This document shows positions 38,501 to 53,300 of a stretch of DNA of 64,000 nt, in pieces. The number at the start of each line of letters is the position of its first letter. Within the stretch, counting starts at the first letter, position 1. The notes under the pieces are model-generated. The model worked only from the letters and a program-made list of their open reading frames with translations. It had not been told where the DNA came from and ran no database searches. Source of the stretch: the human T2T-CHM13v2.0 reference genome, Homo sapiens; NCBI RefSeq assembly GCF_009914755.1, contig NC_060946.1. The stretch is one strand, 5' to 3'. The position numbers were made by a program, and so were the translations under genes.

Positions 38501-41500
38501 TCTATCAAAAGAAAGATCCACCTCTGTTAGCTGAGTTCACACATCACAAACAAGTTTATGAGAATGCTTCTGTCTAGTTTTTATTTGAAGATATTTCCTT
38601 TCTCACCATAGACCTGAAAGCTGTCCTAATGTTCACTTCCAGATACTACAGAAAGAGTGTTTCAAAACTGCTGTACGAAAGGGAATGTTCAACTCTGTGA
38701 CTTGAATGCACACATCACAAAGAAGTTTCTGAGGATGCTGCTGTCTACTTTTTATACGTAATCCCGTTTCCAACGAAATCCTCCAAGCTATCCAAATATC
38801 CACTTGCAGATTCCACAGAAAGACTGTTTCAAAACTGCTCTGTCAATAGAAAGGTTCAACTCTGTTAGCTGCGTGCATATATCCCAAAGAAGATTCTGAG
38901 ATTGCTTCTGTCTAGTTTTTATGGGAAGATATTTCCCTTTTCACCGTAGGCGTCAAGGCGCTCCAAATGTCCACTTCCAGATACTACAAAAAGAGTGTTT
39001 CAAACCTACTCTGTGAAAGGGAATATTCAACTCTGTGACTTGAATGCAGATATCACAAAGAAGTTTCTGAGAATGCTTCTGTCGAGATTTTATATGAAGA
39101 TATTCCCGTTTCCAACGAAATCCTGAAATCTATCCAAATATCCCCTCGCAGATTCTACAAAAAGAGTGTTTCAAAACTGTTCTGTAAAAAGAAAGGTTCA
39201 ACTCTGTTAGTTGAGTACACACATCACAAACAAGTATCACAGAATGCTTCTTTCTAGTTTGTAGGGAAAGATATTCCCTTTATCATCATGGGCCTCAAAC
39301 CGTCCGAAACGTCCACTTCCATATACTTCAAAAAGAGCGTTTCAAACCTGCTCTATGAAAGGCAATGTTCAACTCTGTGACTTGAATGCAAACATCACAG
39401 AGCTGTTTCTGAGAATGCTTCTGTCTAGATTTTATAGGATGATATTCCCGTTTCCAACGAAATCTTCACAGCTATCCAAATATCCACTTGCAGATTCTAC
39501 AAAAAGAGTGTATCCAAACTGCTCTGGCAAAAGGAAGGTTCTTCTCTGTTAGGTGAGTGCATACGTCATAAAGGAGTTTCTGAGAATGTTTCTGTCTAGT
39601 GGTTATGGGAAGATATTTGCTTTTTCACCGTAGGCCTCAGAGCGCTCCAAATATCCACTTGCACATACTACAAAAAGAGTGCCTCAAAGCTGCTCTCTGA
39701 AATGGAATGTTCAACTCTATGAGTTGAATGCAAACATCACAAAGACGTTTCTGAGAATGCTTCTGTCTAGATTTGATATGAAGATATTCCCGTTTCCAAC
39801 GAAATCTTCAAATCTATCCAAATGTCCACTTGCAGATTCAACAAAAAGTGTTTTTCAGAACTGCTCTATCAAAAGAAAGATCCACCTCTGTTAGCTGAGT
39901 TCACACATCCAAACAAGTTTATGAGAATGCTTCTGTCTAGTTTTTATTTGAAGATATTTCCTTTCTCACCATAGACCTGAAAGCTGTCCTAATGTTCACT
40001 TCCAGATACCACAGAAAGAGTGTTTAAAAACTGCTGTACGAAAGGGAATGTTCAACTCTGTGACTTGAATGCACACATCACAAAGAAGTTTCTGAGGATG
40101 CTGCTGTCTACTTTTTATACGTAATCCCGTTTCCAACGAAATCCTCCAAGCTATCCAAATATCCACTTGCAGATTCCACAGAAAGACTGTTTCAAAACTG
40201 CTCTGTCAATAGAAAGGTTCAACTCTGTTAGCTGCGTGCATATATCCCAAAGAAGATTCTGAGATTGCTTCTGTCTAGTTTTTATGGGAAGATATTTCCC
40301 TTTTCACCGTAGGTGTCAAGGCGCTCCAAATGTCCACTTCCAGATACTACAAAAAGAGTGTTTCAAACCTACTCTGTGAAAGGGAATATTCAACTCTGTG
40401 ACTTTAATGCACATATCACAAAGAAGTTTCTGAGAATGCTTCTGTCGAGATTTTATATGAAGATATTCCCGTTTCCAAAGAAATCCTGAAATCTATCCAA
40501 ATATCCCCTCGCAGATTCTACAAAAAGAGTGTTTCAAAACTGCTCTGTAAAAAGAAAGGTTCAACTCTGTTAGTTGAGTACACACATCACAAACAAGTTT
40601 CACAGAATGCTTCTTTCTAGCTTGTAGGGGAAGATATTCCCTTTATCACCATGGGCCTCCAACCGTCCGAAACGTCCACTTCCATATACTACAAAAAGAG
40701 CGTTTCAAACCTGCTCTATGAAAGGCAATGTTCAACTCTGTGACTTGAATGCAGACATCACAGAGCAGTTTCTGAGAATGCTTCTGTCTAGATTTTATAG
40801 GAAGATATTCCCGTTTCCAACGAAATCTTCACAGCTATCCAAATATCCACTTGCAGATTCTACAAAAAGAGTGTATCAAAACTGCTCTGTCAAAAGGAAG
40901 GTTCTTCTCTGTTAGGTGAGTGCATACGTCATAAAGGAGTTTCTGAGAATGTTTCTGTCTAGTGGTTATGGGAAGATATTTGCTTTTTCACCATAGGCCT
41001 CAGAGCGCTCCAAATATCCACTTGCACATACTACAAAAGAGTGCCTCAAAGCTGCTCTTTGAAACGGAATATTCAACTCTATGAGTTGAATGCAAACATC
41101 ACAAAGACGTTTCTGAGAATGCTTCTGTCTAGATTTGATATGAAGATATTCCCGTTTCCAACGAAATCTTCAAATCTATCCAAATGTCCACTTGCAGATT
41201 CAACAAAAAGTGTTTTTCAGAACTGCTCTATCAAAAGAAAGATCCACCTCTGTTAGCTGAGTTCACACATCACAAACAAGTTTATGAGAATGCTTCTGTC
41301 TAGTTTTTATTTGAAGATATTTCCTTTCTCACCATAGACCTGAAAGCTGTCCTAATGTTCACTTCCAGATACTACAGAAAGAGTGTTTCAAAACTGCTGT
41401 ATGAAAGGGAATGTTCAACTCTGTGACTTGAATGCACACATCACAAAGAAGTTTCTGAGGATGCTGCTGTCTACTTTTTATATGTAATCCCGTTTCCAAC

Positions 41501-44500
41501 GAAATCCTCCAAGCTATCCAAATATCCACTTGCAGATTCCACAGAAAGACTGTTTCAAAACTGCTCTGTCAATAGAAAGGTTCAACTCTGTTAGCTGCGT
41601 GCATATATCCCAAAGAAGATTCTGAGATTGCTTCTGTCTAGTTTTTATGGGAAGATATTTCCCTTTTCACCGTAGGCGTCAAGGCGCTCCAAATGTCCAC
41701 TTCCAGATACTACAAAAAGAGTGTTTCAAACCTACTCTGTGAAAGCGAATATTCAACTCTGTGACTTGAATGCACATATCACAAAGAAGTTTCTGAGAAT
41801 GCTTCTGTCGAGATTTTATATGAAGATATTCCCGTTTCCAACGAAATCCTGAAATCTATCCAAATATCCCCTCGCAGATTCTACAAAAAGAGTGTTTCAA
41901 AACTGCTCTGTAAAAAGAAAGGTTCAACTCTGTTAGTTGAGTACACACATCACAAACAAGTTTCACAGAATGCTTCTTTTTAGCTTGTAGGGGAAGATAT
42001 TCCCTTTATCACCATGGGCCTCCAACCGTCCGAAACATCCACTTCCATATACTACAAAAAGAGCGTTTCAAACCTGCTCTATGAAAGGCAATGTTCAACT
42101 CTGTGACTTGAATGCAGACATCACAGAGCAGTTTCTGAGAATGCTTCTGTCTAGATTTTATAGGAAGATATTCCCGTTTCCAACGAAATCTTCACAGCTA
42201 TCCAAATATCCACTTGCAGATTCTACAAAAAGAGTGTATCAAAACTGCTCTGTCAAAAGGAAGGTTCTTCTCTGTTAGGTGAGTGCATACGTCATAAAGG
42301 AGTTTCTGAGAATGTTTCTGTCTAATGGTTATGGGAAGATATTTGCTTTTTCACCGTAGGCCTCAGAGCACTCCAAATATCCACTTGCACATACTACAAA
42401 AAGAGTGCCTCAAAGCTGCTCTCTGAAACGGAATGTTCAACTCTATGAGTTGAATGCAAACATCACAAAGACGTTTCTGAGAATGCTTCTGTCTAGATTT
42501 GATATGAAGATATTCCCGTTTCCAACGAAATCTTCAAATCTATCCAAATGTCCACTTGCAGATTCAACAAAAAGTGTTTTTCAGAACTGCTCTATCAAAA
42601 GAAAGATCCACCTCTGTTAGCTGAGTTCACACATCACAAACAAGTTTATGAGAATGCTTCTGTCTAGTTTTTATTTGAAGATATTTCCTTTCTCACCATA
42701 GACCTGAAAGCTGTCCTAATGTTCACTTCCAGATACTACAGAAAGAGTGTTTCAAAACTGCTGTACGAAAGGGAATGTTCAACTCTGTGACTTGAATGCA
42801 CACATCACAAAGAAGTTTCTGAGGATGCTGCTGTCTACTTTTTATACGTAATCCCGTTTCCAACGAAATCCTCCAAGCTATCCAAATATCCACTTGCAGA
42901 TTCCACAGAAAGACTGTTTCAAAACTGCTCTGTCAATAGAAAGGTTCAACTCTGTTAGCTGCGTGCATATATCCCAAAGAAGATTCTGAGATTGCTTCTG
43001 TCTAGTTTTTATGGGAAGATATTTCCCTTTTCACCGTAGGCGTCAAGGCGCTCCAAATGTCCACTTCCAGATACTACAAAAAGAGTGTTTCAAACCTACT
43101 CTGTGAAAGGGAATATTCAACTCTGTGACTTGAATGCACATATCACAAAGAAGTTTCTGAGAATGCTTCTGTCGAGATTTTATATGAAGATATTCCCGTT
43201 TCCAACGAAATCCTGAAATCTATCCAAATATCCCCTCGCAGATTCTACAAAAAGAGTGTTTCAAAACTGCTCTGTAAAAAGAAAGGTTCAACTCTGTTAC
43301 TTGAGTACACACATCACAAACAAGTTTCACAGAATGCTTCTTTCTAGCTTGTAGGGGAAGATATTCCCTTTATCACCATGGTCTTCAAACCGTCCGAAAC
43401 GTCCACTTCCATATACTACAAAAAGAGTGTTTCAAACCTGCTCTATGAAAGGCAATGTTCAACTCTGTGACTTGAATGCAGACATCACAGAGCAGTTTCT
43501 GAGAATGCTTCTGTCTAGATTTTATAGGAAGATATTCCCGTTTCCAACGAAATCTTCACAGCTATCCAAATATCCACTTGCAGATTCTACAAAAAGAGTG
43601 TATCAAAACTGCTCTGTCAAAAGGAAGGTTCTTCTCTGTTAGGTGAGTGCATACGTCATAAAGGAGTTTCTGAGAATGTTTCTGTCTAGTGGTTATGGGA
43701 AGATATTTGCTTTTTCCCCGTAGACCTCAGAGCGCTCCAAATGTCCACTTGCACATGCTACAAAAAGAGTGCTTCAAAGCTGCTCTCTGAAAGGGAATGT
43801 TCAACTCTATGAGTTGAATGTAAACATCACAAAGACGTTTCTGAGAATGCTTCTGTCTAGATTTGATATGAAGATATTCCCGTTTCCAACGAAATCTTCA
43901 AATCTATCCAAATGTCCACTTGCAGATTCAACAAAAAGTGTTTTTCAAAACTGCTGTATCAAAAGAAAGATCCACGTCTGTTAGCTGAGTTCACACATCA
44001 CAAACAAGTTTATGAGAATGCTTCTGTCTAGTTTTTATTTGAAGATATTTCCTTTCTCACCATAGACCTGAAAGCTGTCCTAATGTTCACTTCCAGATAC
44101 TACAGAAAGAGTGTTTCAAAACTGCTGTACGAAAGGGAATGTTCAACTCTGTGACTTGAATGCACACATCACAAAGAAGTTTCTGAGGATGCTGCTGTCT
44201 ACTTTTTATACGTAATCCCGTTTCCAACGAAATCCTCCAAGCTATCCAAATATCCACTTGCAGATTCCACAGAAAGACTGTTTCAAAACTGCTCTGTCAA
44301 TAGAAAGGTTCAACTCTGTTAGCTGCGTGCATATATCCCAAAGAAGATTTTGAGATTGCTTCTGTCTAGTTTTTATGGGAAGATATTTCCCTTTTCACCG
44401 TAGGTGTCAAGGCTCTCCAAATGTCCACTTCCAGATACTACAAAAAGAGTGTTTCAAACCTACTCTGTGAAAGGGAATATTCAACTCTGTGACTTTAATG

Positions 44501-47080
44501 CACATATCACAAAGGAGTTTCTGAGAATGCTTCTGTCGAGATTTTATATGAAGATATTCCCGTTTCCAAAGAAATCCTGAAATCTATCCAAATATCCCCT
44601 CGCAGATTCTACAAAAAGAGTGTTTCAAAACTGCTCTGTAAAAAGAAAGGTTCAACTCTGTTAGTTGAGTACACACATCACAAACAAGTTTCACAGAATG
44701 CTTCTTTCTAGCTTGTAGGGGAAGATATTCCCTTTATCACCATGGGCCTCCAACCGTCCGAAACGTCCACTTCCATATACTACAAAAAGAGCGTTTCAAA
44801 CCTGCTCTAGGAAAGGCAATGTTCAACTCTGTGACTTGAATGCAGACATCACAGAGCAGTTTCTGAGAATGCTTCTGTCTAGATTTTATAGGAAGATATT
44901 CCCGTTTCCAACGAAATCTTCACAGCTATCCAAATATCCACTTGCAGATTCTACAAAAAGAGTGTATCAAAACTGCTCTGTCAAAAGGAAGGTTCTTCTC
45001 TGTTAGGTGAGTGCATACGTCATAAAGGAGTTTCTGAGAATGTTTCTGTCTAGTGGTTATGGGAAGATATTTGCTTTTTCACCGTAGGCTTCAGAGCGCT
45101 CCAAATATCCACTTGCACATACTACAAAAAGAGTGCCTCAAAGCTGCTCTTTGAAACGGAATGTTCAACTCTATGAGTTGAATGCAAACATCACAAAGAC
45201 GTTTCTGAGAATGCTTCTGTCTAGATTTGATATGAAGATATTCCCGTTTCCAACGAAATCTTCAAATCTATCCAAATGTCCACTTGCAGATTCAACAAAA
45301 AGTGTTTTTCAGAACTGCTCTATCAAAAGAAAGATCCACCTCTGTTAGCTGAGTTCACACATCACAAACAAGTTTATGAGAATGCTTCTGTCTAGTTTTT
45401 ATTTGAAGATATTTCCTTTCTCACCATAGACCTGAAAGCTGTCCTAATGTTCACTTCCAGATACTACAGAAAGAGTGTTTCAAAACTGCTGTACGAAAGG
45501 GAATGTTCAACTCTGTGACTTGAATGCACACATCACAAAGAAGTTTCTGAGGATGCTGCTGTCTACTTTTTATACGTAATCCCGTTTCCAACGAAATCCT
45601 CCAAGCTATCCAAATATCCACTTGCAGATTCCACAGAAAGACTGTTTCAAAACTGCTCTGTCAATAGAAAGGTTCAACTCTGTTAGCTGCGTGCATATAT
45701 CCCAAAGAAGATTCTGAGATTGCTTCTGTCTAGTTTTTATGGGAAGATATTTCCCTTTTCACCGTAGGCGTCAAGGCGCTCCAAATGTCCACTTCCAGAT
45801 ACTACAAAAAGAGTGTTTCAAACCTACTCTGTGAAAGGGAATATTCAACTCTGTGACTTGAATGCACATATCACAAAGAAGTTTCTGAGAATGCTTCTGT
45901 CGAGATTTTATATGAAGATATTCCCGTTTCCAACGAAATCCTGAAATCTATCCAAATATCCCCTCGCAGATTCTACAAAAAGAGTGTTTCAAAACTGCTC
46001 TGTAAAAAGAAAGGTTCAACTCTGTTAGTTGAGTACACACATCACAAACAAGTTTCACAGAATGCTTCTTTCTAGCTTGTAGGGGAAGATATTCCCTTTA
46101 TCACCATGGGCCTCCAACCGTCCGAAACATCCACTTCCATATACTACAAAAAGAGCGTTTCAAACCTGCTCTATGAAAGGCAATGTTCAACTCTGTGACT
46201 TGAATGCAGACATCACAGAGCAGTTTCTGAGAATGCTTCTGTCTAGATTTTATAGGAAGATATTCCCGTTTCCAACGAAATCTTCACAGCTATCCAAATA
46301 TCCACTTGCAGATTCTACAAAAAGAGTGTATCAAAACTGCTCTGTCAAAAGGAAGGTTCTTCTCTGTTAGGTGAGTGCATACGTCATAAAGGAGTTTCTG
46401 AGAATGTTTCTGTCTAGTGGTTATGGGAAGATATTTGCTTTTTCACCGTAGGCCTCAGAGCGCTCCAAATATCCACTTGCACATACTACAAAAAGAGTGC
46501 CTCAAAGCTGCTCTCTGAAACGGAATGTTCAACTCTATGAGTTGAATGCAAACATCACAAAGACGTTTCTGAGAATGCTTCTGTCTAGATTTGATATGAA
46601 GATATTCCCGTTTCCAACGAAATCTTCAAATCTATCCAAATGTCCACTTGCAGATTCAACAAAAAGTGTTTTTCAGAACTGCTCTATCAAAAGAAAGATC
46701 CACCTCTGTTAGCTGAGTTCACACATCACAAACAAGTTTATGAGAATGCTTCTGTCTAGTTTTTATTTGAAGATATTTCCTTTCTCACCATAGACCTGAA
46801 AGCTGTCCTAATGTTCACTTCCAGATACTACAGAAAGAGTGTTTCAAAACTGCTGTACGAAAGGGAATGTTCAACTCTGTGACTTGAATGCACACATCAC
46901 AAAGAAGTTTCTGAGGATGCTGCTGTCTACTTTTTATACGTAATCCCGTTTCCAACGAAATCCTCCAAGCTATCCAAATATCCACTTGCAGATTCCACAG
47001 AAAGACTGTTTCAAAACTGCTCTGTCAATAGAAAGGTTCAACTCTGTTAGCTGCGTGCATATATCCCAAAGAAGATTCTG

Positions 47081-50000
47081 AGATTCCTTCTGTCTAGTTT
47101 TTATGGGAAGATATTTCCCTTTTCACCGTAGGCGTCAAGGCGCTCCAAATGTCCACTTCCAGATACTACAAAAAGAGTGTTTCAAACCTACTCTGTGAAA
47201 GGGAATATTCAACTCTGTGACTTGAATGCACATATCACAAAGAAGTTTCTGAGAATGCTTCTGTCGAGATTTTATATGAAGATATTCCCGTTTCCAACGA
47301 AATCCTGAAATCTATCCAAATATCCCCTCGCAGATTCTACAAAAAGAGTGTTTCAAAACTGCTCTGTAAAAAGAAAGGTTCAACTCTGTTAGTTGAGTAC
47401 ACACATCACAAACAAGTTTCACAGAATGCTTCTTTCTAGCTTGTAGGGGAAGATATTCCCTTTATCACCATGGTCCTCAAACCGTCCGAAACGTCCACTT
47501 CCATATACTACAAAAAGAGCGTTTCAAACCTGCTCTAGGAAAGGCAATGTTCAACTCTGTGACTTGAATGCAGACATCACAGAGCAGTTTCTGAGAATGC
47601 TTCTGTCTAGATTTTATAGGAAGATATTCCCGTTTCCAACGAAATCTTCACAGCTATCCAAATATCCACTTGCAGATTCTACAAAAAGAGTGTATCAAAA
47701 CTGCTCTGTCAAAAGGAAGGTTCTTCTCTGTTAGGTGAGTGCATACGTCATAAAGGAGTTTCTGAGAATGTTTCTGTCTAGTGGTTATGGGAAGATATTT
47801 GCTTTTTCACCGTAGGCCTCAGAGCGCTCCAAATATCCACTTGCACATACTACAAAAAGAGTGCCTCAAAGCTGCTCTCTGAAACGGAATGTTCAACTCT
47901 ATGAGTTGAATGCAAACATCACAAAGACGTTTCTGAGAATGCTTCTGTCTAGATTTGATATGAAGATATTCCCGTTTCCAACGAAATCTTCAAATCTATC
48001 CAAATGTCCACTTGCAGATTCAACAAAAAGTGTTTTTCAGAACTGCTCTATCAAAAGAAAGATCCACCTCTGTTAGCTGAGTTCACACATCACAAACAAG
48101 TTTATGAGAATGCTTCTGTCTAGTTTTTATTTGAAGATATTTCCTTTCTCACCATAGACCTGAAAGCTGTCCTAATGTTCACTTCCAGATACTACAGAAA
48201 GAGTGTTTCAAAACTGCTGTACGAAAGGGAATTTTCAACTCTGTGACTTGAATGCACACATCACAAAGAAGTTTCTGAGGATGCTGCTGTCTACTTTTTA
48301 TACGTAATCACGTTTCCAACGAAATCCTCCAAGCTATCCAAATATCCAGTTGCAGATTCCACAGAAAGACTGTTTCAAAACTGCTCTGTCAATAGAAAGG
48401 TTCAACTCTGTTAGCTGCGTGCATATATCCCAAAGAAGATTCTGAGATTGCTTCTGTCTAGTTTTTATGGGAAGATATTTCCCTTTTCACCGTAGGTGTC
48501 AAGGCGCTCCAAATGTCCACTTCCAGATACTACAAAAAGAGTGTTTCAAACCTACTCTGTGAAAGGGAATATTCAACTCTGTGACTTGAATGCACATATC
48601 ACAAAGAAGTTTCTGAGAATGCTTCTGTCGAGATTTTATATGAAGATATTCCCGTTTTCAACGAAATCCTGAAATCTATCCAAATATCCCCTCGCAGATT
48701 CTACAAAAAGAGTGTTTCAAAACTGCTCTGTAAAAAGAAAGGTTCAACTCTGTTAGTTGAGTACACACATCACAAACAAGTTTCACAGAATGCTTCTTTC
48801 TAGCTTGTAGGGGAAGATATTCCCTTTATCACCATGGTCCTCAAACCGTCCGAAACGTCCACTTCCATATACTACAAAAAGAGCGTTTCAAACCTGCTCT
48901 AGGAAAGGCAATGTTCAACTCTGTGACTTGAATGCAGACATCACAGAACAGTTTCTGAGAATGCTTCTGTCTAGATTTTATAGGAAGATATTCCCGTTTC
49001 CAACGAAATCTTCACAGCTATCCAAATATCCACTTGCAGATTCTACAAAAAGAGTGTATCAAAACTGCTCTGTCAAAAGGAAGGTTCTTCTCTGTTAGGT
49101 GAGTGCATACGTCATAAAGGAGTTTCTGAGAATGTTTCTGTCTAGTGGTTATGGGAAGATATTTGCTTTTTCACCGTAGGCCTCAGAGCGCTCCAAATAT
49201 CCACTTGCACATACTACAAAAAGAGTGCCTCAAAGCTGCTCTCTGAAACGGAATGTTCAACTCTATGAGTTGAATGCAAACATCACAAAGACGTTTCTGA
49301 GAATGCTTCTGTCTAGATTTGATATGAAGATATTCCCGTTTCCAACGAAATCTTCAAATCTATCCAAATGTCCACTTGCAGATTCAACAAAAAGTGTTCT
49401 TCAGAACTGCTCTATCAAAAGAAAGATCCACCTCTGTTAGCTGAGTTCACACATCACAAACAAGTTTATGAGAATGCTTCTGTCTAGTTTTTATTTGAAG
49501 ATATTTCCTTTCTCACCATAGACCTGAAAGCTGTCCTAATGTTCACTTCCAGATACTACAGAAAGAGTGTTTCAAAACTGCTGTTCGAAAGGGAATTTTC
49601 AACTCTGTGACTTGAATGCACACATCACAAAGAAGTTTCTGAGGATGCTGCTGTCTACTTTTTATACGTAATCCCGTTTCCAACGAAATCCTCCAAGCTA
49701 TCCAAATATCCACTTGCAGATTCCACAGAAAGACTGTTTCAAAACTGCTCTGTCAATAGAAAGGTTCAACTCTGTTAGCTGCGTGCATATATCCCAAAGA
49801 AGATTCTGAGATTGCTTCTGTCTAGTTTTTATGGGAAGATATTTCCCTTTTCACCGTAGGCGTCAAGGCGCTCCAAATGTCCACTTCCAGATACTACAAA
49901 AAGAGTGTTTCAAACCTACTCTGTGAAAGCGAATATTCAACTCTGTGACTTGAATGCACATATCACAAAGAAGTTTCTGAGAATGCTTCTGTCGAGATTT

Positions 50001-50361
50001 TATATGAAGATATTCCCGTTTCCAACGAAATCCTGAAATCTATCCAAATATCCCCTCGCAGATTCTACAAAAAGAGTGTTTCAAAACTGCTCTGTAAAAA
50101 GAAAGGTTCAACTCTGTTAGTTGAGTACACACATCGCAAACAAGTTTCACAGAATGCTTCTTTCTAGCTTGTAGGGGAAGATATTCCCTTTATCACCATG
50201 GGCCTCCAACCGTCCGAAACGTCCACTTCCATATACTACCAAAAGAGCGTTTCAAACCTGCTCTAGGAAAGGCAATGTTCAACTCCCTGACTTGAATGCA
50301 GACATCACAGAGCAGTTTCTGAGAATGCTTCTGTCTAGATTTTATAGGAAGATATTCCCGT
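47081..50361. repeat. Recent multi-HOR duplicated block, copy 1 (partner at +13639 bp)
   Basis: About 12 rare variants are shared with 60720-64000 at a constant offset. Confidence 0.9.
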
Positions 50362-53300
50362 TTCCAACGAAATCTTCACAGCTATCCAAATATCCACTTG
50401 CAGATTCTACAAAAAGAGTGTATCAAAACTGCTCTGTCAAAAGGAAGGTTCTTCTCTGTTAGGTGAGTGCATACGTCATAAAGGAGTTTCTGAGAATGTT
50501 TCTGTCTAGTGGTTATGGGAAGATATTTGCTTTTTCCCCGTAGACCTCAGAGCGCTCCAAATGTCCACTTGCACATGCTACAAAAAGAGTGCTTCAAAGC
50601 TGCTCTCTGAAAGGGAATGTTCAACTCTATGAGTTGAATGCAAACATCACAAAGACGTTTCTGAGAATGCTTCTGTCTAGATTTGATATGAAGATATTCC
50701 CGTTTCCAACGAAATCTTCAAATCTATCCAAATGTCCACTTGCAGATTCAACAAAAAGTGTTTTTCAAAACTGCTGTATCAAAAGAAAGATCCACGTCTG
50801 TTAGCTGAGTTCACACATCACAAACAAGTTTATGAGAATGCTTCTGTCTAGTTTTTATTTGAAGATATTTCCTTTCTCACCATAGACCTGAAAGCTGTCC
50901 TAATGTTCACTTCCAGATACTACAGAAAGAGTGTTTCAAAACTGCTGTACGAAAGGGAATGTTCAACTCTGTGACTTGAATGCACACATCACAAAGAAGT
51001 TTCTGAGGATGCTGCTGTCTACTTTTTATACGTAATCCCGTTTCCAACGAAATCCTCCAAGCTATCCAAATATCCACTTGCAGATTCCACAGAAAGACTG
51101 TTTCAAAACTGCTCTGTCAATAGAAAGGTTCAACTCTGTTAGCTGCGTGCATATATCCCAAAGAAGATTCTGAGATTGCTTCTGTCTAGTTTTTATGGGA
51201 AGATATTTCCCTTTTCACCGTAGGCGTCAAGGCGCTCCAAATGTCCACTTCCAGATACTACAAAAAGAGTGTTTCAAACCTACTCTGTGAAAGGGAATAT
51301 TCAACTCTGTGACTTGAATGCACATATCACAAAGAAGTTTCTGAGAATGCTTCGGTCGAGATTTTATATGAAGATATTCCCGTTTCCAACGAAATCCTGA
51401 AATCTATCCAAATATCCCCTCGCAGATTCTACAAAAAGAGTGTTTCAAAACTGCTCTGTAAAAAGAAAGGTTCAACTCTGTTAGTTGAGTACACACATCA
51501 CAAACAAGTTTCACAGAATGCTTCTTTCTAGCTTGTAGGGGAAGATATTCCCTTTATCACCATGGGCCTCCAACCGTCCGAAACGTCCACTTCCATATAC
51601 TACAAAAAGAGCGTTTCAAACCTGCTCTATGAAACGCAATGTTCAACTCTGTGACTTGAATGCAGACATCACAGAGCAGTTTCTGAGAATGCTTCTGTCT
51701 AGATTTTATAGGAAGATATTCCCGTTTCCAACGAAATCTTCACAGCTATCCAAATATCCACTTGCAGATTCTACAAAAAGAGTGTATCAAAACTGCTCTG
51801 TCAAAAGGAAGGTTCTTCTCTGTTAGGTGAGTGCATACGTCATAAAGGAGTTTCTGAGAATGTTTCTGTCTAGTGGTTATGGGAAGATATTTGCTTTTTC
51901 ACCGTAGGCCTCAGAGCGCTCCAAATATCCACTTGCACATACTACAAAAAGAGTGCCTCAAAGCTGCTCTTTGAAACGGAATGTTCAACTCTATGAGTTG
52001 AATGCAAACATCACAAAGACGTTTCTGAGAATGCTTCTGTCTAGATTTGATATGAAGATATTCCCGTTTCCAACGAAATCTTCAAATCTATCCAAATGTC
52101 CACTTGCAGATTCAACAAAAAGTGTTTTTCAGAACTGCTCTATCAAAAGAAAGATCCACCTCTGTTAGCTGAGTTCACACATCACAAACAAGTTTATGAG
52201 AATGCTTCTGTCTAGTTTTTATTTGAAGATATTTCCTTTCTCACCATAGACCTGAAAGCTGTCCTAATGTTCACTTCCAGATACTACAGAAAGAGTGTTT
52301 CAAAACTGCTGTACGAAAGGGAATGTTCAACTCTGTGACTTGAATGCACACATCACAAAGAAGTTTCTGAGGATGCTGCTGTCTACTTTTTATACGTAAT
52401 CCCGTTTCCAACGAAATCCTCCAAGCTATCCAAATATCCACTTGCAGATTCCACAGAAAGACTGTTTCAAAACTGCTCTGTCAATAGAAAGGTTCAACTC
52501 TGTTAGCTGCGTGCATATATCCCAAAGAAGATTCTGAGATTGCTTCTGTCTAGTTTTTATGGGAAGATATTTCCCTTTTCACCGTAGGCGTCAAGGCGCT
52601 CCAAATGTCCACTTCCAGATACTACAAAAAGAGTGTTTCAAACCTACTCTGTGAAAGGGAATATTCAACTCTGTGACTTGAATGCAGATATCACAAAGAA
52701 GTTTCTGAGAATGCTTCTGTCGAGATTTTATATGAAGATATTCCCGTTTCCAACGAAATCCTGAAATCTATCCAAATATCCCCTCGCAGATTCTACAAAA
52801 AGAGTGTTTCAAAACTGTTCTGTAAAAAGAAAGGTTCAACTCTGTTAGTTGAGTACACACATCACAAACAAGTATCACAGAATGCTTCTTTCTAGCTTGT
52901 AGGGAAAGATATTCCCTTTATCACCATGGGCCTCAAACCGTCCGAAACGTCCACTTCCATATACTTCAAAAAGAGCGTTTCAAACCTGCTCTATGAAAGG
53001 CAATGTTCAACTCTGTGACTTGAATGCAGACATCACAGAGCTGTTTCTGAGAATGCTTCTATCTAGATTTTATAGGATGATATTCCCGTTTCCAACGAAA
53101 TCTTCACAGCTATCCAAATATCCACTTGCAGATTCTACAAAAAGAGTGTATCCAAACTGCTCTGGCAAAAGGAAGGTTCTTCTCTGTTAGGTGAGTGCAT
53201 ACGTCATAAAGGAGTTTCTGAGAATGTTTCTGTCTAGTGGTTATGGGAAGATATTTGCTTTTTCACCGTAGGCCTCAGAGCGCTCCAAATATCCACTTGC

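Noticed and set aside
48650-48666. tcccgttttcaacgaaa (also ~56833 and ~62289) as a dead CENP-B box
   Set aside because: The change falls at a non-essential position of nTTCGnnnnAnnCGGGn, so binding is probably retained.
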